64,000 nt of DNA from Bacillota bacterium. GTDB lineage: Bacteria > Sysuimicrobiota > Sysuimicrobiia > Sysuimicrobiales > Segetimicrobiaceae. The stretch lies in assembly GCA_021324975.1 (NCBI GenBank), contig JAJPIA010000011.1, positions 15,984-79,983 on the forward strand, given 5' to 3'. Positions 1 through 9,235 of the stretch are shown in pieces; position 1 is the first letter of the stretch, and every line of letters starts with the position of its first letter. A model generated the notes under the pieces. That model was not told where the DNA came from, did no database searches, and saw only the letters and a program-made list of their open reading frames with translations. A program made the position numbers and the translations under genes.

Positions 1-320
1 TCAGTTGCGCCACACGGTCGCAGACCCGCTGCTGGTCCACCGGCGCCGCGCGGGTGCGCACGACCGGCATCGTGCCCGGCTGCTCCGGCGTCAGGCTCAG
101 GTCGGGCTCGAGGGACCAGATCACTTCGATCGGCGCGATCCCGGCCTTCCCCGGCCGTGCCGCCGACTCGATGGGAAGCGTGCAGGCGACGCTGATCAGG
201 GCCACCTCGACCCCGCCGGCGCGGAGGCGCGCGGGCGCAAGCGCCTCTTCCAAGTCACCGCCGGCCCCGCAGCTGCTGATCCCGGCCTCCCGGCACGCCG
301 CGATCGTATCGTGCAACGCC
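1..320 (-). pseudogene. CapA/PGA_cap family metallophosphoesterase-like gene fragment, 5'-truncated, runs off left edge
   Basis: Manual minus-strand translation (not in ORF track): ALHDTIAACREAGISSCGAGGDLEEALAPARLRAGGVEVALISVACTLPIESAARPGKAGIAPI. This resembles the CapA segment after the ANNH..D motif; that motif and any start codon are missing. Confidence 0.6.
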
Positions 321-959
321 CCGGAGGATCGCGCCCTGGACGTGGCGTGCGGGCCCGGCACGCTCCTCGCGGTGCTCTCGCCTCGGGTCCGGTTGACCGT
401 CGGGCTCGACGTGACGGTCGCGATGCTGCAGCAGGCCCGCGCCCGGCTTTCCGGCACCGCCGCCCGGCTCGTGCGAGGCGTGGCCGAGCACCTGCCGTTT
501 GCGGACGGGTCCTTTTCGCTTGTGACCTGCACCTCGGCGATCCACCACTTCGGCGACGCCTCGGAGGTGCTGGGGGACATGGCGCGCGTCTGCGCGCCGG
601 GCGGCCGGATGGTGATCGCGGACCTCGTCGGCGCGGAAGACGAGGCCGTGCGCACGCGGCAAAACGCCATCGAGCGGACGCGCGATCCCGCGCACGTCGA
701 GCTACGCAGCCCGCGCGGGCTCCTCGCGCTGCTTCGGGGGGCGGGCGTCGAACCTCGGGAAACCGCCGAAGGCGTCGAGCCGCGCGAGCTCGACGAATGG
801 TGCCGGATCGCCAATACCCCGCCGGACGTTGCCCGTCGGGTCCGGGAGACGCTCCTGGCCTCGCAGCCCGGGAACCTGGCCGGCATGTCCCCGGTCGTCG
901 TGGACGGGCAGGTCCGCTTCACTCACCGGTGGGCCGTGATCGTCGCCGATCGACGCTGA
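318..959 (+). pseudogene. Class I SAM-dependent methyltransferase (UbiE/type 11-like), apparently 5'-truncated
   Basis: Motifs ALDVACGPG, GLDVT, AEHLPFADGSFSLV, HHF and PGG in ORF 54..959. The upstream part of that ORF is antisense to the CapA fragment, and no RBS/start is seen. Confidence 0.65.
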
Positions 960-1062
960 ACCCCCGTCCCCACATCGCGTGCGCCTATGGCACCGCCGTG
1001 ATTTCCCGCCGGCGTCCCCTCGTGAGGCCGCAGCGGCCCACCCGGACTCCGGGGGCGTGCGG

Positions 1063-1842
1063 TCACTGCGCGGTGTATCCCCCGTCGATGACCAACGCGG
1101 AACCCATCGCCAGGATCGAGTCGTCGGACGCCAGGAACAACGCCGCCCGCGCGACCTCCTCCGGTTTGGCAAACCGTCCGATGGGGCGCGCCTGCTCCGA
1201 CCGGCGACGCGCCTCCGCGGGATCCGGGGATGCCGCGAGCACCTGCGCGGCGAACGGCGTGTCGGTCACCCCCGGACAGATCGCGTTCACCCGGATGTTG
1301 AACGGCGCACAGTCGATGGCCATTTTCTTGGTGAGAATCAGGAGGCCGCCTTTCGAGGCGCAATAGGGCGCCGATCGAGGACTCCCCACGAAGCTCACCG
1401 TCGAGCCGGCGTTGATGATGCTGCCGCCGCCGGCGCCCTTCATATGCGGAATGGCGTACTTGGAGCACAGGAAGACGCTCTTGAGGTTGACGTCCATGAC
1501 CAGGTCCCAGTCGTCCTCGGAGATCTCTTCCACGCCGCCGAGCCGCACAATGCCGGCATTGTTGTAGAGGATGTCGAGCCGTCCGAACGCGTGGACCGCG
1601 GCGTCGACCATGGCCCGCGCCTGGGCGGCAACCGTCACATCGGTTCGCACAAAGATCGCATCCCCGCCGGCGTCCCGGATTTCGCCGGCGATCGCCTCCC
1701 CGCCGCGGGCATCGATGTCGGCGACCGTGATTTTGGCACCTTCCTGAGCAAAGAGCAGCGCTCCCGCCCGCCCGATGCCCGAGGCCGCACCCGTGATGAT
1801 CGCCACCTTGCCGTCGAGCCGTCGCCCTCCACTCCCCGCCAC
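1063..1842 (-). CDS. SDR family oxidoreductase
   Basis: TGAASGIG, NNAG, YCASK; GTG start after AAGGAGG. Confidence 0.92.
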   Translation of the reverse strand: MAGSGGRRLDGKVAIITGAASGIGRAGALLFAQEGAKITVADIDARGGEAIAGEIRDAGGDAIFVRTDVTVAAQARAMVDAAVHAFGRLDILYNNAGIVRLGGVEEISEDDWDLVMDVNLKSVFLCSKYAIPHMKGAGGGSIINAGSTVSFVGSPRSAPYCASKGGLLILTKKMAIDCAPFNIRVNAICPGVTDTPFAAQVLAASPDPAEARRRSEQARPIGRFAKPEEVARAALFLASDDSILAMGSALVIDGGYTAQ

Positions 1843-1876
1843 CGTCGCCCCCTCCTTCTCGCGGATGCGTCTCACG

Positions 1877-2620
1877 CTACAGCCGTCGCAGCAGCTCCAT
1901 GTGCGCCTCAAACACCCGGTCATTGTGGCCGGCATCCGGGTTCACGTTCGGCGAGACAAATACGGGCGGGGTCAGGCCGCGCGATGCCAGGCGCCGCGCG
2001 ACTTCCGCGACCACGGTCATGGTCACGATGACGACGGCCACCGTCGACGCGGCCGAGACCGGGTGCGCCCAGCCGTCGACGGTGACCAGCGCGTCTTCCG
2101 GCGGCACGCAGTTGTCGATAACGACGTCGGCCAAGTCTCCGAGTTTGCGGCCCGACGAATGCGTGGCTTTGGCGACACGCTGATTGGCGACGCTGGTGAC
2201 CGCCACGACGATCGCCCCCCGTGCCTTGCCGTACAGCGCCATCTCCACGGGCGCGGCGTTCAGCCCGCCGTGGGAAAAGATCCACATCGTATCGGCGGAG
2301 GTCACATGAAAGCTCCGCATGAGGTGCTCGATGTAGCCTTCGCGGCGCTCGATCCAGAGCAGTTCCCGCGCCCCTCCGGGGCCCGTCGCGCCGTGCCACA
2401 ACAGGCGGGGATCGATGATCGGCACGAACCCCGGGAACGAGCCGTAGCGTGGGAAGATGTCCATGATCGGCAGGATGGAGTGGCCGCTTCCGAACAGGTA
2501 GACGGCCCGGCCGCCGGCAATCGAGGCCGTCATCGAATCCGCGGCCTGCTCGATGGCCGGACCCTGCGTCCGGCCGATCGTCTGCGCCACTGAAAGAATC
2601 TTGTCGATATACGTCAGCAT
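1877..2620 (-). CDS. SIS-domain (sugar isomerase) protein
   Basis: LFGSGHS, IFSHGG.N, VAVTS, ADVVIDN motifs; RBS GGAGGAG. Confidence 0.88.
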   Translation of the reverse strand: MLTYIDKILSVAQTIGRTQGPAIEQAADSMTASIAGGRAVYLFGSGHSILPIMDIFPRYGSFPGFVPIIDPRLLWHGATGPGGARELLWIERREGYIEHLMRSFHVTSADTMWIFSHGGLNAAPVEMALYGKARGAIVVAVTSVANQRVAKATHSSGRKLGDLADVVIDNCVPPEDALVTVDGWAHPVSAASTVAVVIVTMTVVAEVARRLASRGLTPPVFVSPNVNPDAGHNDRVFEAHMELLRRL

Positions 2621-2638
2621 GGTCTCCTCCTCTACGCC

Positions 2639-3562
2639 CTATCTCGACCGCAGGCCCCGATGAACGAGCGCCGCGGCGCCGAGGAAACTCGCGCGGGCGC
2701 CGAGCGCGGATCGCCGGATCGGCACCTGCCGCGCGAGCGGCTGCGCGTATGTCCGGATCGCGGTACGGAGCGGCGCGAGCGGGAACCGGCCCGACTGCAT
2801 CACCCCGCCGCCGACGATGACGACGTCCGGGTCGAGCATGCTCACCACGTCGGCGACCGCAACGCCGATGAGCCGGGCCGCGTCGTCGATGAGCGCCCGC
2901 GCGCGGCGGTTTCCTCGACGCGCCTCGGACACGAGATCATGGACACTCGCTCCGGGAATGCGCGATTGCCTCATGCGGCGCAGGATCGCCGGCCCGGCCA
3001 CCGCCGACTCCAGAGCGCCGACCCGCGAGGCCGCCGCGTCGCCGTCCGTTCGGCCCGCCCACCAGCCCACGGAGCCGGCGGCGCCGTGCGCCCCCGTCCA
3101 GAAATGGCCGTTCATCATGAACCCGAGGCCGATGCCGGTTCCGATCGTGAGGAACGCCGCGGACCGGACCTTGCGCGCCGCCCCGAGCCAGGTCTCGCCG
3201 ACCAAGGACGTCAGCCGATCATCCCCTACGACCGCGCGGAGCCCCGTGGCCCCCGTCAGGTAGGCGCCGAGGGGTACCCGGCGCCACCCCGGAAGGTTCG
3301 GCGCCCAGACCGTCCCATCGGCCCGCACCGCCCCGGGCACGGCCACGCCGAGGCCGGTGATCGTTGCGCGGGCCGGCGCGGCGCGCCGCAGCAACAGCAC
3401 CAGCTCAACGATCTGCCGTAGGACCCGCTCTCCACCGAGCGGGTTCGCGGGAACCATGCGGGACACGTGGACCTCGCCCCGCGGCCCGACCAGTCCGGCG
3501 AGGATCTTTGTCCCGCCGACGTCCACCGCGACCGCCACGCGTCGTCCCGTCCCGGCCCCCAC
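2639..3562 (-). CDS. ROK family sugar kinase
   Basis: VDVGGTK, GVAVPG, GTGIG, LES, VIVGGG motifs. Confidence 0.88.
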   Translation of the reverse strand: MGAGTGRRVAVAVDVGGTKILAGLVGPRGEVHVSRMVPANPLGGERVLRQIVELVLLLRRAAPARATITGLGVAVPGAVRADGTVWAPNLPGWRRVPLGAYLTGATGLRAVVGDDRLTSLVGETWLGAARKVRSAAFLTIGTGIGLGFMMNGHFWTGAHGAAGSVGWWAGRTDGDAAASRVGALESAVAGPAILRRMRQSRIPGASVHDLVSEARRGNRRARALIDDAARLIGVAVADVVSMLDPDVVIVGGGVMQSGRFPLAPLRTAIRTYAQPLARQVPIRRSALGARASFLGAAALVHRGLRSR

Positions 3563-3568
3563 GCGCCG

Positions 3569-4270
3569 CTACTTCGCGAATTGGTTGTAGAACCGCATAC
3601 GCAGCGGTTCGGCGACCATGAAGGCCTGCGCGTACCGCACGCCGGCCTGGCACCCGCGCACGCGCGCCAAGGAAGTGTAAAAGTCCCGGTAGGGAAACGC
3701 CGCCAGATTTTCCCGTGCCAGGGCATACGCGTCCATCGCCTCGAGCCACTGATCATACGTGTCGCTGATGTCCTCGTAGTGTTGGGGCCGGAAGTCCACC
3801 GGATCTTCCCAGTTCTCGGGGAACCACACCTCGCTCACGGCCCACGCGGGCCGCGTACGCTGCACGCCGGGCAGGGCGGCGAAGAAGCAGCCGTCCATCA
3901 CGAGCTCGTGGGCGGTACGGTGATCCTTGTGCCAGCTCCCCTTCCAGTGTGTGAACACCAGGTCCGGGCGGAACTCGCGGAGCAGGTCGCAGATCGCCAG
4001 CTTGGCCTCGTCGTCGTCCGGCAGATGCGTGTCCTCGTACTCCAGCACCCGCACGGTCGCCCCGAGCACTAAGGCCGAGCGCTCCGCCTCGCTCTTCTTC
4101 TGGCCCGCGTAGGCCCCGGTGCGCCCGCCGACGCGGTATCCGCGCTCGCCGAGCGTCATGTGCACAATCGTGATCTCGCTGCCCTGACGGCGGAGTTTGG
4201 CCAGCACGCCCCCGGCCGTGGCCTCCGCATCGAACGCATGCGCCCCAAAGGCGACCACGCGCGATACCAC
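3569..4270 (-). CDS. PIG-L/LmbE family deacetylase
   Basis: GAHAFDAE, TLGE.G, H..DH (SWHKDH); GTG start after AAGGAGG. Confidence 0.85.
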   Translation of the reverse strand: MVSRVVAFGAHAFDAEATAGGVLAKLRRQGSEITIVHMTLGERGYRVGGRTGAYAGQKKSEAERSALVLGATVRVLEYEDTHLPDDDEAKLAICDLLREFRPDLVFTHWKGSWHKDHRTAHELVMDGCFFAALPGVQRTRPAWAVSEVWFPENWEDPVDFRPQHYEDISDTYDQWLEAMDAYALARENLAAFPYRDFYTSLARVRGCQAGVRYAQAFMVAEPLRMRFYNQFAK

Positions 4271-4296
4271 CCGGCACACCTCCTTGCGCCGATTTG

Positions 4297-5208
4297 TCAT
4301 CCGCGCAGTCCGCTCATGATGACGCCGCGAATGTACGCGCGCTGTGCGAACGCGAAGACGACGATGGTCGGCAGCGATACCAAGAGCGCCGCCGCCATCA
4401 ACCACTCCATGTGCGGCACGCCCGCCCCGCCGGACCCGCCGCCGTAGAACGTCTTGAAGAAGCTGAGCCCGAGCGAGACGGGGAACTTCGGAATGCTGCT
4501 GAGGTAGATGAGCGGCCCAAAAAAGTCGTTCCACCGGCTGACAAAGGAGATCACGGCCACGGTGGTGACGGCCGCTCGGGACAGCGGCATCAGGATCCGC
4601 CAGTAGAACGTCATCGGCCCCGCGCCGTCGATCGTGGCGGCATCTCGAAGATCCAACGGGATGGTGAGGAAGAACTGCCGCAGCAGGAAGATGCTGAACG
4701 CGCTGTCCGCGAGGAACGCGGGTACGATGAAGGGTTTGTACGTGTCGAGCCAGCCGAGGTAGCGAAACACAATGTACATCGGAATCACGGTGACCTGCGA
4801 CGGGATCATCAGCGTCGCGAGAACGATCAGGAACAGCAGGTTGCGCAGCGGGAAGCGGAAGAACGCGAAGCCGTAGGCGACGAGCGAGCACGAAAGGATC
4901 GTCCCCACGACCGGCACGATCGTGATCACGAGCGTGTTCACGAAGAACCGGTCGAACGGCACCGTCCCGCTCCACGCCTCCGCGTAGTTACCCCAGGCGA
5001 ACGGCCGGGGGATCGCCTCCGGCGGGAACGCGAAGACCTGGCCCGCCGTCTTGAGCGAGGTAGAGACGGCCCACAGGATCGGCAGCAGCACGACCGCCGC
5101 GCCCGCGGCGACCAATGTGTAGTATGCGACCGGGCCCGCCCCCGCAGCCGCGTAGCGAGGCCGCGGCCCGCGGCGCACACGCGTGAGCGGGGCGGCGAGC
5201 CCGCTCAT
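4297..5208 (-). CDS. Carbohydrate ABC transporter permease (MalG-like)
   Basis: Multiple TM helices; DAATIDGA EAA loop; ATGA overlap with upstream permease. Confidence 0.92.
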   Translation of the reverse strand: MSGLAAPLTRVRRGPRPRYAAAGAGPVAYYTLVAAGAAVVLLPILWAVSTSLKTAGQVFAFPPEAIPRPFAWGNYAEAWSGTVPFDRFFVNTLVITIVPVVGTILSCSLVAYGFAFFRFPLRNLLFLIVLATLMIPSQVTVIPMYIVFRYLGWLDTYKPFIVPAFLADSAFSIFLLRQFFLTIPLDLRDAATIDGAGPMTFYWRILMPLSRAAVTTVAVISFVSRWNDFFGPLIYLSSIPKFPVSLGLSFFKTFYGGGSGGAGVPHMEWLMAAALLVSLPTIVVFAFAQRAYIRGVIMSGLRG

Positions 5209-6101
5209 CCGGGAGTGGCCCCGCCCTCGTAGTAGACCCAGCGCTGCATCAGGCGAAACTGCACCCAGGTGAAGGCCAGCAGGAGGACCAGCATCACCCA
5301 GGCCATGGCGGCCGCGTACCCCATCTGGAAGTACTGGAAGCCGTTGCGGTAGAGATACAGCACATAGACCAACGTGGAATCGGCCGGGCCGCCGTTCGTC
5401 ACGATGTACGCGGGGGTGAAGACCTGAAAGGATGCGATCACCCCGAGGACGAGGTTGAAGAAAATCACCGGCGACAGCAGCGGCAGCGTCACGTGCCACA
5501 GGCGCCGTCCCCGCGACGCGCCGTCCAGCGCCGCGGCCTCGTGGAGCTCCTCGGGGATCCCCTGCAGCCCCGCAAGGAAGATGAGCATGCGGTTTCCCCC
5601 GATGGTCCAGAGGCCCATCAGCACGAGCGACGGGAGCGCCCACGTTGTGCTCTCCAGCCACGCCACCGGCGGCAACCCCAGCCGCGAGAGCAGGTAGTTG
5701 AGCAGGCCGAAGTGCGTGTTCAACAGCCACGTCCAGATGATCGCCGTCGCGACGGTGGGCATCAACTCGGGCAGGTAGAACAACGCCCGAAAGACGGACA
5801 CCGCCGGGACGCGCCGGTTCAACAGCAGCGCGAGCGTGAGGGAACCGGCCAGGGACAGCGGCACCGTGAGCAGCGTGTACGCCAGCGTGTTCCGAAGGGC
5901 GGTCCAGAACAGCGGATCGCGCCACAGATTCGCGAAGTTGGCGAGCCCCACGTACTGTGGCGCCGTGAGAATGTCCCACTTCGTCAGGCTCAATCCCAGG
6001 GAGATCGCCATGGGGCCCGCGGTGAACGCGAGAAACCCCAGGCCCCACGGCAGGATCAGCAGGAAGCCCGTCAGCGCCTCGCGCCGCGCTCGCGGCGTCA
6101 T
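5205..6101 (-). CDS. Carbohydrate ABC transporter permease (MalF-like)
   Basis: EAAALDGA loop; TM helices. Confidence 0.93.
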   Translation of the reverse strand: MTPRARREALTGFLLILPWGLGFLAFTAGPMAISLGLSLTKWDILTAPQYVGLANFANLWRDPLFWTALRNTLAYTLLTVPLSLAGSLTLALLLNRRVPAVSVFRALFYLPELMPTVATAIIWTWLLNTHFGLLNYLLSRLGLPPVAWLESTTWALPSLVLMGLWTIGGNRMLIFLAGLQGIPEELHEAAALDGASRGRRLWHVTLPLLSPVIFFNLVLGVIASFQVFTPAYIVTNGGPADSTLVYVLYLYRNGFQYFQMGYAAAMAWVMLVLLLAFTWVQFRLMQRWVYYEGGATPG

Positions 6102-6150
6102 CTCGGGCGCGCCCGTCCGGGACGCGCAGGCGACGGCACGGCGGCGCGCG

Positions 6151-7473
6151 TCAGTGTTGGAGCAGCGCGTTGATCTTGCTGCACGCCTCGCCCGTCGCGG
6201 CGGCAGGCGACTTCTGGCCGGTCCAGACCAGGTCCATCTCGCTCCCGAGCGTGTCCACCATCTCCGCCCAGTGGGTTGTCCGCGGGTCGAGGCGGCCGTA
6301 CGCGAGCGCGTCCACGAAGACCTTACGGTGCAGCGGCACCTTCCCCGGCGCCAGGAACTGCGGCGACAGCGCCGCCGCGCGGAGCGCGGGAATGATCAGC
6401 CCCAGGTGGGCCAGCTCCATCGTGTTGTCCGGCTGCGACAGGAATCGGATGAGCGTCCAGGCCTGATCGGGATGCGGCGCTTTGGCGGGAATCGCGTAGG
6501 CCCCGGTGGCGACGCGCGTGGACTGGATCGTGCCCTTGGGCAGCGGCGCCACGTCCCATGCGAACGTCTTGATCGCGCTTCCGGTCACGACGATGTCCCA
6601 GTAGCCGCTGGCCATCATGCCGATCTTCCCGTTGGCGAACAGGTTGGTCTGCTGCGCCTGCGACGGCAGAATGCCGGCGTGCTGCTTCAGGATCAGGTCC
6701 TGCAGAAACGTGATCCCCCGGACCGCGGCGGGCCGATCGAGGCGGCAGCTCGTGTTCGTGGGGTCGAGCACGTCGCCTCCGAAGCTGTAGACTACGGGGA
6801 ACAGCCCGAAGGGCATGTTGACCGGCGCGACCGTGCCCCACTGGACGATGGCGTTCGGGTTGAAGCCCGGCTGGTCCGCGCTCTTGCCGTTGCTGTCGCG
6901 CGTCAGCTTCTTCGCCACGGTCAAAAAAGTGTTCCACGTCCACTGGCCCGCGGCGTAGTATTCGTTCGGCGTCTTCAACCCGGCCTGCTTGAACATGTCG
7001 GCATTGTAGTAGAGCGCAATCGAGGACGTCTCACGCGGCAGCGCGTACAGCTTCCCGTGGTCGGAGAATTGTTGAATCGCCGTGGGGAAGTACGCGCTCT
7101 TCGAGAGGCCGGCCTTCGCCAGGTAGGGATCCATGTCGAGCAGGAAGTGCTTTGCCAGCGCGGCCGGGAACCACGAGTAATGGCCGTAGATCACGTCGGG
7201 GTAGTCTCCGCTGGCGGCGATGACCTGGACCTTTTGGAAGTACTCCGGGTCCGAGGAGGCCACGACCGTCTCCAGTTTGACCTTGATGTCCGGATGCGAC
7301 TGCTCGAACTTGGACACCAGCCCCTGGTAGAGCTTCAGTTCGTTGGCTTCGCCCTGCCAGACCATCCGGATCGTGGTGACCTTCTGCGCCTGCGCCGGTG
7401 ATCCGCCACCGAGCGTCCACATCGTGCCGGCGAGGGCCGCAATCACAAGCACGCCGATCCACTTGCTGCGCAT
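6151..7473 (-). CDS. Sugar ABC transporter substrate-binding protein
   Basis: Signal peptide MRSKWIGVLVIAALAG; LYYNADMF, FANGKIGM, WDVAPLP; RBS AAGGAGG. Confidence 0.92.
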   Translation of the reverse strand: MRSKWIGVLVIAALAGTMWTLGGGSPAQAQKVTTIRMVWQGEANELKLYQGLVSKFEQSHPDIKVKLETVVASSDPEYFQKVQVIAASGDYPDVIYGHYSWFPAALAKHFLLDMDPYLAKAGLSKSAYFPTAIQQFSDHGKLYALPRETSSIALYYNADMFKQAGLKTPNEYYAAGQWTWNTFLTVAKKLTRDSNGKSADQPGFNPNAIVQWGTVAPVNMPFGLFPVVYSFGGDVLDPTNTSCRLDRPAAVRGITFLQDLILKQHAGILPSQAQQTNLFANGKIGMMASGYWDIVVTGSAIKTFAWDVAPLPKGTIQSTRVATGAYAIPAKAPHPDQAWTLIRFLSQPDNTMELAHLGLIIPALRAAALSPQFLAPGKVPLHRKVFVDALAYGRLDPRTTHWAEMVDTLGSEMDLVWTGQKSPAAATGEACSKINALLQH

Positions 7474-7775
7474 TCGATCCCCTCCTTCCGCAAACCGCGC
7501 CCAGCATACAAGCCAGCGTTTGTCCACGGACGTGCGTCGATGGCATCCCCCCTCACGCGCCTAGAGTGCGTCATCGCATTGGTTCGGCAAGGGTTGGTGC
7601 CGGGCGGACCTGCCCTCCGCTCCACGCACCGACGCCTGACCAATGCCGTGCCTTCGCTTCGTTTGCAGCGCAAGTCAGGTGACGCCGCGCAGTTGTGAGC
7701 ATCGCGGGCGTCGAACGCCCGCTCCGGCCAGGCCCGCCCGACACGTTTACCTCGTCGCACATACGAGACGCTGCA

Positions 7776-8540
7776 CTACAGCCGCGGCGCCTTGCGAATC
7801 AGCTCGAGCGTCAACTGCATCCGGTCGCCGCGAAGAATGGAGGTCACGAATTCCACGGGCCGGCTGTCCGAATCGAACGTCGTGCGTTCCACCTCGAAGG
7901 CCGCGGTCCGTGTGGACGCCCTCAACACCGCGGCGGTCGCGCGCCTCAGGACGACAGGGCGGTATACTTCCTGGGCGCGGACGATCTGGACGCCGTACTC
8001 CTGCTCGAGGATCCGGTACAGGGACTCCGTCGCCAGCCGGCTCGCGTCGATGCCGCCGAACCGCGATTCGGGCAAGTACGCGGTCTGGAGCGCCAGCGGC
8101 TCGCTGTCCGCGAAGCGGAGGCGCCTGATGGCGATGACGGCCTCGTTCTGGGCCACGTGGAGCGCGTCGCGCACGCGCTCTCCGGCGGAAACCGTGCCGC
8201 TCTCCAAGATCCGGGAGGTCGTGGCGAGACCCCGCTGGGCCATTTCCTCCGTGAAGGAGACCAATTCGGACACCACATGGGAGACGCGCGGCGCCGCGAC
8301 AAAGGTCCCGCGCCCGCGCGCTCGATACAGCAATCCCTCCGCCACGAGCGCCGCTACGGCTTGGCGGACGGTGATGCGGCTGACGCGGTACCGCGTGCAC
8401 AGCTCGGATTCCGCCGGGATCCGTTGCCCGGGACGCCACGCACCGCCGTTGATCCCAGCGCGCAACACTTCGCGCAGTTGGTAATGGAGCGGCAACGGAG
8501 AGGTCCGTGAGATCGTGAGCGTCGGCATCGGCTCGTCCAA
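7776..8540 (-). CDS. GntR family regulator (HutC/UTRA subfamily)
   Basis: PLHYQL, IPAESEL, VSRITVRQA, GRGTFV wHTH plus UTRA-like C-terminus; start may be ATG at 8528. Confidence 0.92.
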   Translation of the reverse strand: MDEPMPTLTISRTSPLPLHYQLREVLRAGINGGAWRPGQRIPAESELCTRYRVSRITVRQAVAALVAEGLLYRARGRGTFVAAPRVSHVVSELVSFTEEMAQRGLATTSRILESGTVSAGERVRDALHVAQNEAVIAIRRLRFADSEPLALQTAYLPESRFGGIDASRLATESLYRILEQEYGVQIVRAQEVYRPVVLRRATAAVLRASTRTAAFEVERTTFDSDSRPVEFVTSILRGDRMQLTLELIRKAPRL

Positions 8541-8554
8541 GATCAGATTAGCTC

Positions 8555-8580
8555 ATTATATTGTTATGTCATTATTAACA
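8555..8580 (-). promoter_or_regulatory. Candidate gntR promoter (-10 TATAAT) with overlapping inverted repeat TGTTA-N9-TAACA
   Basis: AT-rich patch; ATTATA at 8555-8560 is TATAAT on minus; TGTTA 8562-8566 and TAACA 8576-8580. Confidence 0.55.
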
Positions 8581-8627
8581 TATCCTCCTTGTGCGGCGTC
8601 GCCCGCCGCCGCCGCCACACTCCCTCC

Positions 8628-8860
8628 ATCGTGCGGCTCCGGCTGCGTGGGCGCGACGTCGAGGCCCGGCCGGAGCTGATCGGCGATCTCGACGAGGTGC
8701 AACGCCTCCTCGAGGCGATCGTCGCCGCCAACCCGACCGCAGGCAGATTCGTTGGGATCCGGCGCGGTCCGGACGGTCGTCTGGATCGCCGCGGTCTCGA
8801 GGACGCCGTCCGGCACGGCTTTCGGGTCGTTCGATGGCATCTCGACCGGGAGGAACCGAC
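8628..8860 (+). pseudogene. C-terminal remnant of a deazaflavin-nitroreductase-like (split-barrel) protein
   Basis: VRLRLRGRDVEARPELIGDLDEVQRLL...GRFVGI...GFRVVRWHL reads like the C-terminal half of that family; no credible start. Confidence 0.45.
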
Positions 8861-9002
8861 CAGCGCCCGCGGTGACGCTTGCGGCGTCGCCGTCTGTGGC
8901 CGCGGCGTCGCCGCCGCCGAGATGGCCCGGGCGCTCGGTCGGGTGTGACGGCCCTTCGAGCACGGTAGGGATCGGCCCCCGCCGCGGCGGACCTAAATAT
9001 GC

Positions 9003-9235
9003 ATGCGGACGTTTCTCGCCTCGATCCTGGCCGCCGGCTGCATCGTGCTCGGCGCGACGGCCGCGGCTCCGGCGGGGGCGGCGAGTGCCGCACCCGACTA
9101 CTCGCCGCCCCGGGCGCGTACAACCCCGCGGTCACGCAGGCCAACATCGACCGAACGGCAAACACACCTGAGTTCCACCTTCGCAGCGACGTCGACCGCG
9201 GATGGATCACCACAGTGCAAAGGAGCCTGACGTGA
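9003..9235 (+). pseudogene. Remnant of a secreted HNH-like protein (frameshift plus internal deletion)
   Basis: Signal-peptide-like MRTFLASILAAGCIVLGATAAAPA, then in a shifted frame PGAYNPAVTQANIDRT; the core is absent. Confidence 0.45.

Noticed and set aside
7474..7775. 300-bp intergenic region as a possible riboswitch or sRNA
   Set aside because: No recognisable RNA motif or terminator by eye
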